A stretch of 44,033 nucleotides of DNA from Sulfolobales archaeon (GCA_038841535.1 JAWBTQ010000010.1:1-44033); one strand, 5' to 3'. Shown: positions 18,904 to 29,421, counted from the stretch's first letter. The notes: generated by a model not told the origin, from the sequence alone. Made by a program: numbers and translations.

Positions 18904-20422
18904 TCTCAGGTGGAGTGGATCCCCAGAAGATTTGGATAGATCTTCTCGAAGGAGGGGGTGTAATATAAGTAACCACTAGGAAGACTACGAGAGAGAACAG
19001 CATACCGGGTATAACAGGGTCTGCACCAGCAAAGAGTGTAGCAGATATAGGCACTACTTTTAGCTTATCTAAAGCATAAACCACTAGCCCGGCCACCATT
19101 GACAGTATCGCTCCGTACCTGTTGGCTCTACGCCAGTATAGCCCGAAAATTATAGGCCAAAATAGCGCTGACATGGTTCCCCCTATAGCAAGTATTATGA
19201 TGTACTCTAAAGCCGGGGGTGCCGCAATAGCGAAAAGAAATGACAGAGCTCCTACTATCAGGGTAAACCAGAAGGTAGCTTTCTTTTGATGCTCAGGAGT
19301 AACATCCGGTCTGAAGAGAAGGTAGATATGTCTAAGTAGTGCTGAGCTCATTACCATGATCATGGCAGCTATAGTTGATTGTGCTGCCGAAATAACGCCT
19401 GCGTAAACTATACCGCCGAGTCCTGCGGGAACCATGGTTATAGCTAGTACGGGATTTATGTGGTCTGGAATCGATAGCTTTGGATAGTATAACTTCCCCA
19501 CGAGAGCGACCCATATCCCATAGGTCCAGAAAGTCACTATTGGTATGCCTATGTATATAGCTCTTTTCATGGCCTTTACGCTCTTATACGCTATCGCGGC
19601 CATTAGACCATGCGGTAGTGCTAGTAGACCTAAGTTAAATATTATCCATTGCGAGAATACCCAGGCAATTCCAGGTGGAGTCCTAAATACGTTCATGAAG
19701 GGTTCACCAGCTGTATTTATTAGGGCTTCGTTGATTGCGGTCAGACTCCCGTAGTCAGCTATAGCCCTGCTCCAAACTCCTGCTATTAGGAGGGCATAGC
19801 ATGCCGTCATGAAGACGCCCTGAACGAGTAGAGCTAGGCCGACGCCTCTAATACCTCCTATTGTAGCATAGAATATCGTTACTATTGCTGAGAGAGCTAA
19901 TGCGATGTAGTAGGGCCAGCCGGTCATGATTTCGAATACTCTTGCCGAGCCAACAAACTGGACGGAACAGTAGGGTATTAAGAATATTACGACGATCAAA
20001 GCGTAAATAAGTGCTACTAACTTGCTCCTATCGTATCTCTCGTAGAGAACATCGCCTAAGCTTATGGCCCCAATCCTTCTAGCAACTATTCCGAGCTTTT
20101 TGCCTAAGCCGTAGAGTATGTAGAAGTTCATGTATATTTGAACTCCCATCAAGGCTGCCCACGGCATACCTAAAGACCAAGCTAATCCAGGTCCACCAAC
20201 AAAGGTTCCAACACTACATAGACCCGCAGCAACTATGAAAGCAACGATAGCTGCCCCTAGCCCTCTCCCCGCTACGTAGAACTCCTCAACGTATCTATCT
20301 ATAGCAGTCTTACCTAAAATCCTTCTTGCGTAAATTCCTAGTATAGTGATAGCTGTGAGATATATTGCGAACACAGTAGCTACAGATATTCTCTCTTCAA
20401 AGGTTATCGGAATCTCGCTCAC
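18896..20422 (-). CDS. Sodium:solute symporter (PanF-like)
   Basis: EFYVAGRGLG, GTFVGGPG, GGIRGV, SAAQST; about 13 TM segments. Confidence 0.88.
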   Translation of the reverse strand: MSEIPITFEERISVATVFAIYLTAITILGIYARRILGKTAIDRYVEEFYVAGRGLGAAIVAFIVAAGLCSVGTFVGGPGLAWSLGMPWAALMGVQIYMNFYILYGLGKKLGIVARRIGAISLGDVLYERYDRSKLVALIYALIVVIFLIPYCSVQFVGSARVFEIMTGWPYYIALALSAIVTIFYATIGGIRGVGLALLVQGVFMTACYALLIAGVWSRAIADYGSLTAINEALINTAGEPFMNVFRTPPGIAWVFSQWIIFNLGLLALPHGLMAAIAYKSVKAMKRAIYIGIPIVTFWTYGIWVALVGKLYYPKLSIPDHINPVLAITMVPAGLGGIVYAGVISAAQSTIAAMIMVMSSALLRHIYLLFRPDVTPEHQKKATFWFTLIVGALSFLFAIAAPPALEYIIILAIGGTMSALFWPIIFGLYWRRANRYGAILSMVAGLVVYALDKLKVVPISATLFAGADPVIPGMLFSLVVFLVVTYITPPPSRRSIQIFWGSTPPESG

Positions 20423-20426
20423 ACTC

Positions 20427-20693
20427 TCACCTCTTTAACCAAGGCTCTAAGGGTTCCTCCTTCATGCCAATAGCAGTTATTATGATCAAGACCACGGCGA
20501 ATATCACGGAAATTACCAAGAGATAGAACCACCAAGGTATTCCCCCTATAAGGCTACTTGGTCTTGAGCCGTAGCTCAGTAGTAACGTCCAGTATGCGAT
20601 ACTGTACAGAACAAACCCAAAAAGGATCATAGTGATGAACTCGTTTCTAGCCCTTCTTAATCTAGGGTCTTCTTCAAAGTCGTGTGATGACAA
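20427..20693 (-). CDS. Small two-TM protein, YhdT/DUF997-like symporter partner
   Basis: DPRLRRARNE N-terminus, GIPWWF motif, directly upstream of the PanF-like gene. Confidence 0.7.
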   Translation of the reverse strand: MSSHDFEEDPRLRRARNEFITMILFGFVLYSIAYWTLLLSYGSRPSSLIGGIPWWFYLLVISVIFAVVLIIITAIGMKEEPLEPWLKR

Positions 20694-20879
20694 TTTACCA
20701 CCGTTTTTTAATTTTATAAAGTAATATAAACTTTATTTACCTAAAGAATCTCTAGATCCTTAAGATGATGTGGTTAGCATTTGGATTAGAAATTAAGCTG
20801 GGTGAGATGTACCAGCCTCAACTACCAGCGCTTTCACCTACCTTCACATAATAGTAAGCTTAAGATAGTTTTTAAGGAA

Positions 20880-21250
20880 CTAAGACTCCCTACAGAGGCT
20901 TCACTTAGTGGAACAATATCCTAGTTAAGGTTAAATACCAAGTTTGCGTGAAGCTCATTTAAGCGCCAGACGCTCCGCCTCTCTAACAAGAAGGAAGAAA
21001 CGTGTTGTGTCTCAACCCTCGGTGATTTTCTAATATAACTCTCCTCCTTCAGCATCTCGACCAGGGATTCGTAAGAGCTGCTGTGTTGTTCAGCGAAGCG
21101 ATTTTCTTTTACTGCTCTAAGGAAGCGTTTATGCGACTTAGTTATAGCCTTAGGTTACTCAACGAGTTCAGGTACGGAAGAAAGTGTGTATACAGACTGC
21201 TCGCTAGGTCTCTCGATAATATGTGGGGATCATTTTCCTTAGCTTAGCAT
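20880..21250 (-). pseudogene. Possible decayed PaREP1/HEPN-like gene
   Basis: Fragments HSSSYESLVEMLKEE and ELHANL among stops and frameshifts resemble PaREP1 motifs. Confidence 0.3.
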
Positions 21251-21869
21251 GGTCTGTAACTTAATGAAGTACTTAACACTTTTGAGTTAAGTAGGAGTAC
21301 CTACCTCGGGAAGAACTTATGATGATAAAGCAGTAGATACGAAGACTCTGCTTTATTTGTGAGGTCACGAGCAACGATCTCTTTATTAAAACAAGTCACT
21401 TACTTAAAGAGAGAGCTGTAGTCAACTCTAGAAAGCCCCGAGGCAACCTATGGGCACGAAGCAAGCTGAGATCGCTACCTCGCCTCGGGATTATTGAAGC
21501 ATATGCTGTCCTCCAAGATCATTGAGCAGAAGAATTCAAAGCTTTTTCCCTCATGAGCTCTGAAGAAGGCAGACCTGGAAATAAACCATTTTGGTAATCG
21601 GTAGAAATAACGAGTACCGGAATTCTCTGTAATGCTACTACAGGGTCTTAGTTCGGGAGCTACTGAGATAACTCTGGTAATCCATTCTAAAATAATTCCG
21701 AGGCTATATGAGGCTTTGAGTAAGGACTTGAAGGTCGCTGTTTAATGACCCTGTAAAAGAGTCTTAAATGATTTTGCACACCGCAGTAAATTACCGTTCG
21801 TAGTTAATTGGGTAACAACTTGTCTTCACCGATTTAAATATTACTTATTATATTAGGAAGCTCGTAGAT

Positions 21870-22172
21870 TTGGTGCGCGCTTTGAAGTGTGTAGATAGGT
21901 TAATCGACTACCTAGGAGCTTCGATAAGGGTCACTATTGTGACCTCTAGTGAGTCGGTGTGTGGAGAAGTACGAGATGTGGGAGACCCGCAAGAAATCGC
22001 AGGGATCGTGAGAAGGCATGGTGGGTGTCGGATAACGTCAGAGGATCCTCTGAAGGTGGTCTCCGCAGACGATGAAATAGAAGTAACTGCAGAACCCGAA
22101 AACCTTCTCGCGAGAGCCTATCTCGGTATAGCTGTCGAGAAGCTTAAGAGGCTCTGCGAATCCATAGATTAA
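21870..22172 (+). CDS. Hypothetical protein
   Basis: 100-aa ORF after AT-rich promoter-like TTTAAATA; no recognised motif. Confidence 0.65.
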   Translation: MVRALKCVDRLIDYLGASIRVTIVTSSESVCGEVRDVGDPQEIAGIVRRHGGCRITSEDPLKVVSADDEIEVTAEPENLLARAYLGIAVEKLKRLCESID

Positions 22173-22275
22173 ACAATACTGAAGCAGCTAGTATATGCTA
22201 GTACAGCACTAGGGCTTATTTTCGGAGATCGAATAAGATCCGACCCCCGGGAAGGGCCGTTAATACCCGGAATAT

Positions 22276-25137
22276 GTGGGGATAGTTGTTCGCACCATAT
22301 ATCCGGTAATAATGACTTTTTCCAGCATAAAAATTTATTTTAGTTTCTATCGAAACTGTATGGGGTGTATCTTCATGCTTTCGCGATCTAATTTAATGGT
22401 TATACTGTTAGTAGTATCTATCTTATCGTCTTGTGCTACAGCCCTAGCTCAGAGTGCTTCTACTACGAAGGGTCCTAGAGCTGAGACTCTTACATATGTT
22501 GGTGTGACTACGACGGATAAGGGTATTAAGGGTGTTGAGACAGGAGAGTTTGACGCATTCATGTGGGAAGTACTCCCGGACGACCTTGAAAAAGCTGGTG
22601 CTGATGTAAGCAAGCTAAGGCTAATACCTGCGCTTAGGTTCTTCGATGTTTTAGATATAAACGCGTATAGCGACCCCAGCGAGATGGGTGTTTGCGGTTT
22701 AGCCACGAGGCCCCGAGATAAGGTCGTTGTGTTTAACCCGTTTGCCATACGGGAGATAAGGTTCCAGCTAAACAACTTGATCAATAGAAAGTACATCAGC
22801 AACGAGCTCCTGAAGGGTGGTGGAGAACCCGCCTTCACCTACGTTAGCATTAGCCACCCTGCGTGGAGATACATAAAGGACGTTGCGGACATGCTCAGTT
22901 TGAGGGAGGAAGGCAACGAGCTACTAGCTCTGCAGAAGATTGGGGAGGCCATGCTAAACGCTTCTAAGTGTGCTCAGAAATTCGGTTACTCCATAGCTGG
23001 CGAGAGAGACCCTACGACCGGTAGGGATGTCTGGACTCTCACGAGACCAGATGGTTCTAAGGAGCCGATAAGGATAGTCCTCCTAATAAGGATAGAGGAC
23101 GAGAGGAGACTAATAGGAGACTATCTAGCCAGCCAGCTAGAGAAAGCGGGATTCCTCGTCGAGAGGAAATATATCGAGAGAGCTCAATTCAGACCCTTAG
23201 TTAGGTCGGCGGAGCCTAGGAACTTAGACTGGCACATCTACACCCATGGAGACACCATGCTAAGGTCGGTATGGATACACGAGGAAGTCGGCTGGTACTC
23301 ATCAGAATTTGCCTCCCTACCTGCTACAGGAGGCCTGTGGGAGTATACAGCAGAACACGCTAAAGCGCTCGGAGACCTCGTTCAGGAGAAGCTAGAGGCG
23401 ATAGCTAGGGAGCTCTACAGAGGACAAGTTAAAGACTTAGAGGACTACTGGAACAAGGTGAGAGAAGGGACCTACTTGGGAATATACCAAAGCTTGAGAG
23501 TATTTATCATAGGCATCAGGAACTTCTATGTTGTTAGCCCTAGGGTTAAGGACATGGTTTACAGCCCAGTCTTTGGAATAACCATTGAGTGGCCGTGGAG
23601 AACAGCCTCAACTCCCGACTCCAAGATAAAGGTGGCTCTATACGCCTCTACAGGGAGCCTCTTCCTCTATGAGTGGAACCCGATATCCGGTGTTGGCGGT
23701 GTCTATGGAAGCTACATCTGGTACTATGTCCGCGACTATGCGTGGCTCAGGCACCCATCCACCCTAGAGCCTATACCTGTTAGAGCTACCTGGAGAGTAA
23801 CACAAGGGGATGTAAACGTACCCACCACAGCCGTTATGTACGATCCAGCTAAGCACTCCTGGGTCAGCGTCCCAGAGGGTACGAAGGCCTCCTACGTCAT
23901 CGACATCAACTTTAAGCTCGGCAACCACCATGACGGATCTCCACAGACCCTACTAGACATACTGACGAACTTTGCTTGGTACGTTGAGTGGGCCTTTAAG
24001 TCCGGTGATGACGACATCTGGTATCACCCGAACATAGAGTCCGACAAGTACATAGCTGAGGATGTGGCAGGAATAGAGATCATAAACTCTACATCTATTA
24101 GAGTCTACGGGAACTACGGACTCTTCTACAGCCTTGATGAAACCGCAACTTACTACCTCGACTACCTGTGGCCTTCCTGGAACCCGCTCCTTAGGCTAGC
24201 CTTCGAGTACGTAGTCCTCTACAAGGGACCTGCGAGTGGAGCTAAATACGGTTGGCTAACAGGCGAAGGTGAGAGAACCCTAGACGCCATGAACCCCAAC
24301 CACGTGGGTGACGTAGCTGAAGCCCTCAGAACCATTGGTCGGGGAGGTTACTCTCCACCACACCTCGCTAGTACAGCTAAAATGCTAGAAGAAAAAGGTG
24401 TCAGAGTTCAAGACTTAGCTAAAGCTACAGAAACGCTAGCAAAGTTTATTACTGAGCATAAGCACATGGCAGTAAGCAATGGTCCGTACTTCATAGACAA
24501 ATACGTACCTGAGCAAATGTACATAGAGCTTAAGGCGTTTAGAGATCCGACATACCCATTCACTCCTGACTACTGGCTAAAGGCATTCGAAGTGTCTCAA
24601 ATTAAGGTTGCTGGAGTAATTAAGGCTCCAACAATTTTGGTAGTAGGCTATAGTGCGGAAGTCGAAGTACCGATACTTAAGTACGTAATATTCCCAGACG
24701 AGGGTACTAAGGAGGCGACAGATGTTAACGCCGAGCTCGTTGTTCTCGGAGCTAAGGATGAGGTGCTGGCCTCGGTAGCAGGTAAGGTCAAGGAGGTAGG
24801 TCCACCAACTGTATGGAAATTCGAGCTAGGACCCAGTATAACAAACAAGCTCTCAGGGCTTAAAACCGTGACTATCGAGGTTAGGTTCTGGAGGAGTCCC
24901 GGTTTCTACGATGTTGTGGAGAGGTTTACCGTCGAGGTCTTAAGCGTGGAGACTCCGACACCTACAGTAACAGTCAAGACAGTAACTAGTGTCGTAACGA
25001 GCGCTGTTACGGTGACTGGAGTTTCTACTACTACTGTCGAAGTCTCACCACTTGTGACGCCGGTCGGTGCTGGGTTAGCTGTGGTGGCGTTGATTATCGG
25101 AATCCTGATTGGGGCGTTAGTTATTAGGAGGAAGTAG
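22276..25137 (+). CDS. Peptide ABC transporter substrate-binding protein (likely start about 22375), Thr-rich linker and C-terminal TM anchor
   Basis: Signal peptide, NPFAIREIRFQLN..INR, SNGPYFID, Thr/Val-rich stalk followed by TM and RRK. Confidence 0.9.
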   Translation: MGIVVRTIYPVIMTFSSIKIYFSFYRNCMGCIFMLSRSNLMVILLVVSILSSCATALAQSASTTKGPRAETLTYVGVTTTDKGIKGVETGEFDAFMWEVLPDDLEKAGADVSKLRLIPALRFFDVLDINAYSDPSEMGVCGLATRPRDKVVVFNPFAIREIRFQLNNLINRKYISNELLKGGGEPAFTYVSISHPAWRYIKDVADMLSLREEGNELLALQKIGEAMLNASKCAQKFGYSIAGERDPTTGRDVWTLTRPDGSKEPIRIVLLIRIEDERRLIGDYLASQLEKAGFLVERKYIERAQFRPLVRSAEPRNLDWHIYTHGDTMLRSVWIHEEVGWYSSEFASLPATGGLWEYTAEHAKALGDLVQEKLEAIARELYRGQVKDLEDYWNKVREGTYLGIYQSLRVFIIGIRNFYVVSPRVKDMVYSPVFGITIEWPWRTASTPDSKIKVALYASTGSLFLYEWNPISGVGGVYGSYIWYYVRDYAWLRHPSTLEPIPVRATWRVTQGDVNVPTTAVMYDPAKHSWVSVPEGTKASYVIDINFKLGNHHDGSPQTLLDILTNFAWYVEWAFKSGDDDIWYHPNIESDKYIAEDVAGIEIINSTSIRVYGNYGLFYSLDETATYYLDYLWPSWNPLLRLAFEYVVLYKGPASGAKYGWLTGEGERTLDAMNPNHVGDVAEALRTIGRGGYSPPHLASTAKMLEEKGVRVQDLAKATETLAKFITEHKHMAVSNGPYFIDKYVPEQMYIELKAFRDPTYPFTPDYWLKAFEVSQIKVAGVIKAPTILVVGYSAEVEVPILKYVIFPDEGTKEATDVNAELVVLGAKDEVLASVAGKVKEVGPPTVWKFELGPSITNKLSGLKTVTIEVRFWRSPGFYDVVERFTVEVLSVETPTPTVTVKTVTSVVTSAVTVTGVSTTTVEVSPLVTPVGAGLAVVALIIGILIGALVIRRK

Positions 25138-25151
25138 TAGGCTGTTTCCGT

Positions 25152-26216
25152 ATGTCAAGCACAGTCAGGTTTTTTGCTTCTAACCTTGTTAATGCTTTTC
25201 TAGTTGTATTCCTCACAGTCCTCATAGCCTCTATAGCATTTAACTTCGTACACGAGAAAGAGTCCTGGGGTAGGGTATACGAGACCGTCGAATCCGAGGT
25301 CAGGAGGTTCATCATCGAGAATCCTAGAGCGGCTCCTGAAGACATAGAGAACTTTAAACGCTATAGAGAGAGCTACTGGATCAGCTTCTACGGCTTAGAC
25401 CAGCCTGTTGCTTATAGAATCTTAGTAGCTACCTACAAGACCCTAACGCTGGATTTTGGAGACGCTAGAATACTATATACGGCTTATGGGCACACAAAGG
25501 ATGTCAGGTCGATAGTGCTGTCGGCAATGGGTAGGACAGCCCTCCTATTCACTACTGCTACCCTCCTCAACATAGCTTTTGGCATACTACTCGGTGTTCT
25601 TATAGCATCTAAGGCCGGCTCTACGCTAGATAAGGTGAGTGGGATCCTCGCTATGATTACTAACGCTATGCCCCTCTACTGGTTCGGGGCTATAATGATA
25701 TGGTTCTTCGCGTACAGGCTCAACTTGTTTCCTGCAGCATCTTGGAGACCCATACCACCCTACGTTGCTGAGAACCCCATAGAGCTCGTAAAGTGGTTCG
25801 CTTGGCATATGTTCATCCCCATAGTCTCGATGTTCATGCTGGGAGTCTTCGGCTGGGCTTGGAGCATTAGGGCAGTAGTAGTTGAAAAGTACTCAGAAGA
25901 CTTCGTCATGGTTCTCAGGGCTAAGGGGCTGCCCGAAAGGTACATAAGGTATAAGCATGTACTACGCGCAGCTGCACCACCAGTCGTCACTATGGCAACA
26001 CTATCTATAACTGGGTCTCTCTTTGGGGCTATAGTCAGTGAAGTCCTCTTCCAGTGGCCCGGAATGGGGATGCTATACTATACGGCACTTAGAAACAGTG
26101 ACACCATCGTTGTTCTAGCAGACACCTACGCCTTCGTAGTTCTCTTCGTAGCCGCTAAGCTCATACTTGACCTAGTTTACGGCCTCCTAGACCCTAGGAT
26201 AAGGATTAAGAGGTGA
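25152..26216 (+). CDS. Peptide ABC transporter permease (DppB/OppB-like)
   Basis: YGLDQP, EDFVMVLRAKGL EAA loop, YGLLDPRIR. Confidence 0.92.
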   Translation: MSSTVRFFASNLVNAFLVVFLTVLIASIAFNFVHEKESWGRVYETVESEVRRFIIENPRAAPEDIENFKRYRESYWISFYGLDQPVAYRILVATYKTLTLDFGDARILYTAYGHTKDVRSIVLSAMGRTALLFTTATLLNIAFGILLGVLIASKAGSTLDKVSGILAMITNAMPLYWFGAIMIWFFAYRLNLFPAASWRPIPPYVAENPIELVKWFAWHMFIPIVSMFMLGVFGWAWSIRAVVVEKYSEDFVMVLRAKGLPERYIRYKHVLRAAAPPVVTMATLSITGSLFGAIVSEVLFQWPGMGMLYYTALRNSDTIVVLADTYAFVVLFVAAKLILDLVYGLLDPRIRIKR

Positions 26217-26220
26217 ACTC

Positions 26221-27798
26221 ATGTCACGAAACACTGAAACCCCCAGATACCTATCTCGGTATCACCTCCTAAGGACCCTAGCTAGAGACAGAATGTTCGT
26301 TACAGGCCTCCTACTTCTGTCCCTCTTAACCTTAATGGCAGTAGCAGGCTATGCCTGGGTCCCAGAGGACGCTAAAACAAGCTGGTACTACAACGTTAGG
26401 TGGACTTTGAACCCGAAGCTAGTTCCCCCTTGTTGGGTTAACTACCTCACTCAGGAAAGTAGGACACCTACTATCAATCTGACCTATACAGAGGCTAGTG
26501 AGTACTGGCGTGTTAAAGCTGAAGAAATCTGGCAGGTTAGACAGAGAGAGTTGGTCTCAATGGGGATAACCAACGAGAGCGTATTGAGTAAGCTAAGGAA
26601 CGAAGTTTATGAGAGAACTAGGCAGGAGCTCGAAGGTAGGGGATTAAGCTACTCATTCGATTACCACTACTCATGGGTCATTCCACCTCAAGACGTTGCC
26701 CTAGTTATTAAAAGCCTCAGTCGAGATAGAGTAGCAAACATAACCGCTATTATGGCTAGACCTGACGGCGTTCAGGTGAGGTTCGTTCTCGCCAGCAGGG
26801 TAGAGCTCTACAGGGGTGAAGAGAGAGTGCTCAAGGTGAGCTTTTCTAAAGACTTTGCTGAGAAGCTAGTTAGGGTTTATCTAGCTGCTAGGGTGGATCC
26901 TGAGACTCTCAGGGTGTTAAGTGACTATGTAAGCTACGGTCTTAGGTCACCAGTCGAGATATTTTTCTATGGAGAGCTAGGCTCGGGTGGTAGGGTAGTC
27001 TTCGCCAACCCGACGGAGGGGGAGTACTGGGTTCGGATTGACGCAGTTTTTTCTGAGATAGTGAAAGCTGAAGATATCGACGTTAAGCTGAGGATCCTTG
27101 GAAGTTGCTACGGAGTTCTTGGCACAGATGACGTAGGTAGAGACAACTTCTGGACTCTCCTTGCGGGTTCTGGTGTAGCATTACTAATAGGTCTCCCTTA
27201 TGCGGTACTTTCTAGGCTTACGGGCCTTGTGTATGGAGCTGTGAGCGGCTTTTACGGCGGAACTCCCGTAGATATCGTGATGCAGAGGATCTGCGAGATC
27301 GTTTATTCCATGCCATTTCTGCCGTTCATAGTAATGATATCATACGTCTTGAGGGAAACCACGGGCGCTCAAGTCGGGATAGCGCAGATAATAGGCCTTC
27401 TCCTTATTTTCGGCTGGCCTGGTGTAGCAATAATATCTAGAAGCATGGCTCTCAGCATACGGGAAGAACTGTATGTAGAGTCAGCAATAGCTATTGGGGC
27501 CACTAAGTCTAGGATAATTTTAAAGTACATAGTTCCTCAGCTGATGCCCTATTTCTTTGCCTCAGTTATGCTGGCTACTCCGGGCGCCATACTAACCGAG
27601 GTGTTTCTCAGTGTGTTAGGATTAACTGACCCAAACCTTCCCTCTTGGGGTAAGATGATTAGTGGTGCTCAACTAACTGTTCACGCTTGGTGGTGGATAG
27701 TACCTCCAGGGATAGCGATAACATTAACGGGACTAGCTTTCATGTTCCTAGGGTATTCCATAGAGAACGCGACTAACCCCAGGAGGAGGAGATTATGA
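26221..27798 (+). CDS. Peptide ABC transporter permease (DppC/OppC-like) with large extracellular insertion
   Basis: LGTDDVGRD, YVESAIAIGA EAA loop, PSWGKMI, WWWIVPPG, NPR. Confidence 0.92.
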   Translation: MSRNTETPRYLSRYHLLRTLARDRMFVTGLLLLSLLTLMAVAGYAWVPEDAKTSWYYNVRWTLNPKLVPPCWVNYLTQESRTPTINLTYTEASEYWRVKAEEIWQVRQRELVSMGITNESVLSKLRNEVYERTRQELEGRGLSYSFDYHYSWVIPPQDVALVIKSLSRDRVANITAIMARPDGVQVRFVLASRVELYRGEERVLKVSFSKDFAEKLVRVYLAARVDPETLRVLSDYVSYGLRSPVEIFFYGELGSGGRVVFANPTEGEYWVRIDAVFSEIVKAEDIDVKLRILGSCYGVLGTDDVGRDNFWTLLAGSGVALLIGLPYAVLSRLTGLVYGAVSGFYGGTPVDIVMQRICEIVYSMPFLPFIVMISYVLRETTGAQVGIAQIIGLLLIFGWPGVAIISRSMALSIREELYVESAIAIGATKSRIILKYIVPQLMPYFFASVMLATPGAILTEVFLSVLGLTDPNLPSWGKMISGAQLTVHAWWWIVPPGIAITLTGLAFMFLGYSIENATNPRRRRL

Positions 27799-29084
27799 GG
27801 GTCGATAGAGGTGTTGTAGTGATGCTGATGGCTGTCGCAATATTGTCAGCAGCCGCAGCTTACGGAATCTCATCAATGGTTAGAACAACAGAAGTAGTCA
27901 CGATTACGGAGAAACTGCCTCAGTATGTAACAGTACTGACTACCCTAACGACAATAGATAGAACTACCGTAACTGTCACGAGTACTCAAGTAGTTAAGGA
28001 GACTACTGTAACTACTGCGACTATCACTACAGTAGCGACCGTTAGGGTCTCACCTCCAGTATCCCCTCTGGGAACTCTCGTGATAATGGGTGGTAGAACG
28101 TTCGACGAAGCTTTTCTAGAGGTGCTTAGAGCTACGGGTAAAGAGAAGCCTAGAGTAGGTGTAATACCTACTGCGAGTTCTACCCCTGAGGAAACCGGTC
28201 GGGAATACGTAGACATGATCAAAGGCTACGGTGCTGAAGGAGTTCTAATAGACATAACTGAGCGGAATTGCGCAAAAACGGCGTACGAACAGCAATACGT
28301 GGAGCTTGTAAAGTCTCTGGACGCAGTCTTCTTTACGGGTGGAGACCAAAACAGGATAACTAAGTGCTTAGTACCGGGTGGCAGCCCTACCCCCATCTTA
28401 GAGGCCCTCTGGAACCTGTACTTACGCGGTAGTGTAATATCCGGCAATAGTGCTGGTGCGGCAATCATGAGCGACCCAATGATCGGGGGTGGTATTGACG
28501 AGAGAGTTATTATAACTCGAGGTTTAGGGTTCCTAATGTACGGCCAGGTGATAGTGGACCAACACTTTCTCGCACGTGGCAGAGTCATCAGGCTATTAGA
28601 GGCGCTAGCTCAAACAAGTACTCGCCTAGGTGTAGGCATAGATGAGGGAGCTGCGCTAGTATGCTATGGGAACCATACCTGCAGGGTGATAGGTTCAGCA
28701 CCGGTTGTAGTATTTGTTTATGAGGGAAGCAACGGAACTCACTATATTTATAGACTCAACTACCTCACTCCTGGCGACTCTATTAACTTGAAGACGCTTA
28801 GGGTAGACATTGGACCGAATAAGAGAGCTGTCTCAATTTCGGGAGACTCAACCACGAGTACCGATGTGGATGTAAAAACACAGAACGGGCTTAGTCTGAT
28901 AATAAGCTTACTGACTAGAAATAGAGAAGTTAGTATTAGAGCGTTATCTGAAAGCAGGAAATTCAGCTACCAATTTACGTTGGCTAGGACAGGTAAAACT
29001 GAGATCTACGAGACAGGGTTTTACGACCCGGTCCGGTATACAGCTATAGAGATTCTGCTTTACATCAGCAAGGTAGGGCTTTAA
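27795..29084 (+). CDS. Membrane-anchored extracellular cyanophycinase-like serine peptidase (peptidase S51 family)
   Basis: N-terminal TM plus Thr-rich stalk; LVIMGG, IPTAS, FFTGGDQ, GNSAGAA, VDQHFLARGRVIRL, GIDE. Confidence 0.88.
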   Translation: MRVDRGVVVMLMAVAILSAAAAYGISSMVRTTEVVTITEKLPQYVTVLTTLTTIDRTTVTVTSTQVVKETTVTTATITTVATVRVSPPVSPLGTLVIMGGRTFDEAFLEVLRATGKEKPRVGVIPTASSTPEETGREYVDMIKGYGAEGVLIDITERNCAKTAYEQQYVELVKSLDAVFFTGGDQNRITKCLVPGGSPTPILEALWNLYLRGSVISGNSAGAAIMSDPMIGGGIDERVIITRGLGFLMYGQVIVDQHFLARGRVIRLLEALAQTSTRLGVGIDEGAALVCYGNHTCRVIGSAPVVVFVYEGSNGTHYIYRLNYLTPGDSINLKTLRVDIGPNKRAVSISGDSTTSTDVDVKTQNGLSLIISLLTRNREVSIRALSESRKFSYQFTLARTGKTEIYETGFYDPVRYTAIEILLYISKVGL

Positions 29085-29421
29085 TCTATCCTTACTTCTA
29101 AATATTCTAATTCATTGTTCTATTTCCGTGAGTTCTTGAGTTTATAACCGTCAAAAGGCTTAGTTATAGCAAGCTACGCACAGTGAAATTCGAGTGAGCT
29201 CTCGCCCGGTTTTCGCGGGACAACAGCTAGAATTACTAGGTAGTAAGAACCTCTGTGAAGTCCTGAAAACATTTTTCAAGACTCTCGGGCATTTGAGAGT
29301 CTTAGTTTAGTCTTGCGAGCATATGCGGTAACTTAATTGGGTTACACCCCCGCTTCTTCAGTAAGGACGTAGGATTTGTTTCCACAGGTTCTGGGGTTAA
29401 ATGTTGTTGGTTGTCTAGATC

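Noticed and set aside
21319-21365. C/D box sRNA suggested by ATGATGA
   Set aside because: No properly placed CTGA D box or internal D'/C' boxes.
29278-29303. 9-bp inverted repeat AAGACTCTC/GAGAGTCTT
   Set aside because: A single short hairpin with no supporting context; could be chance.
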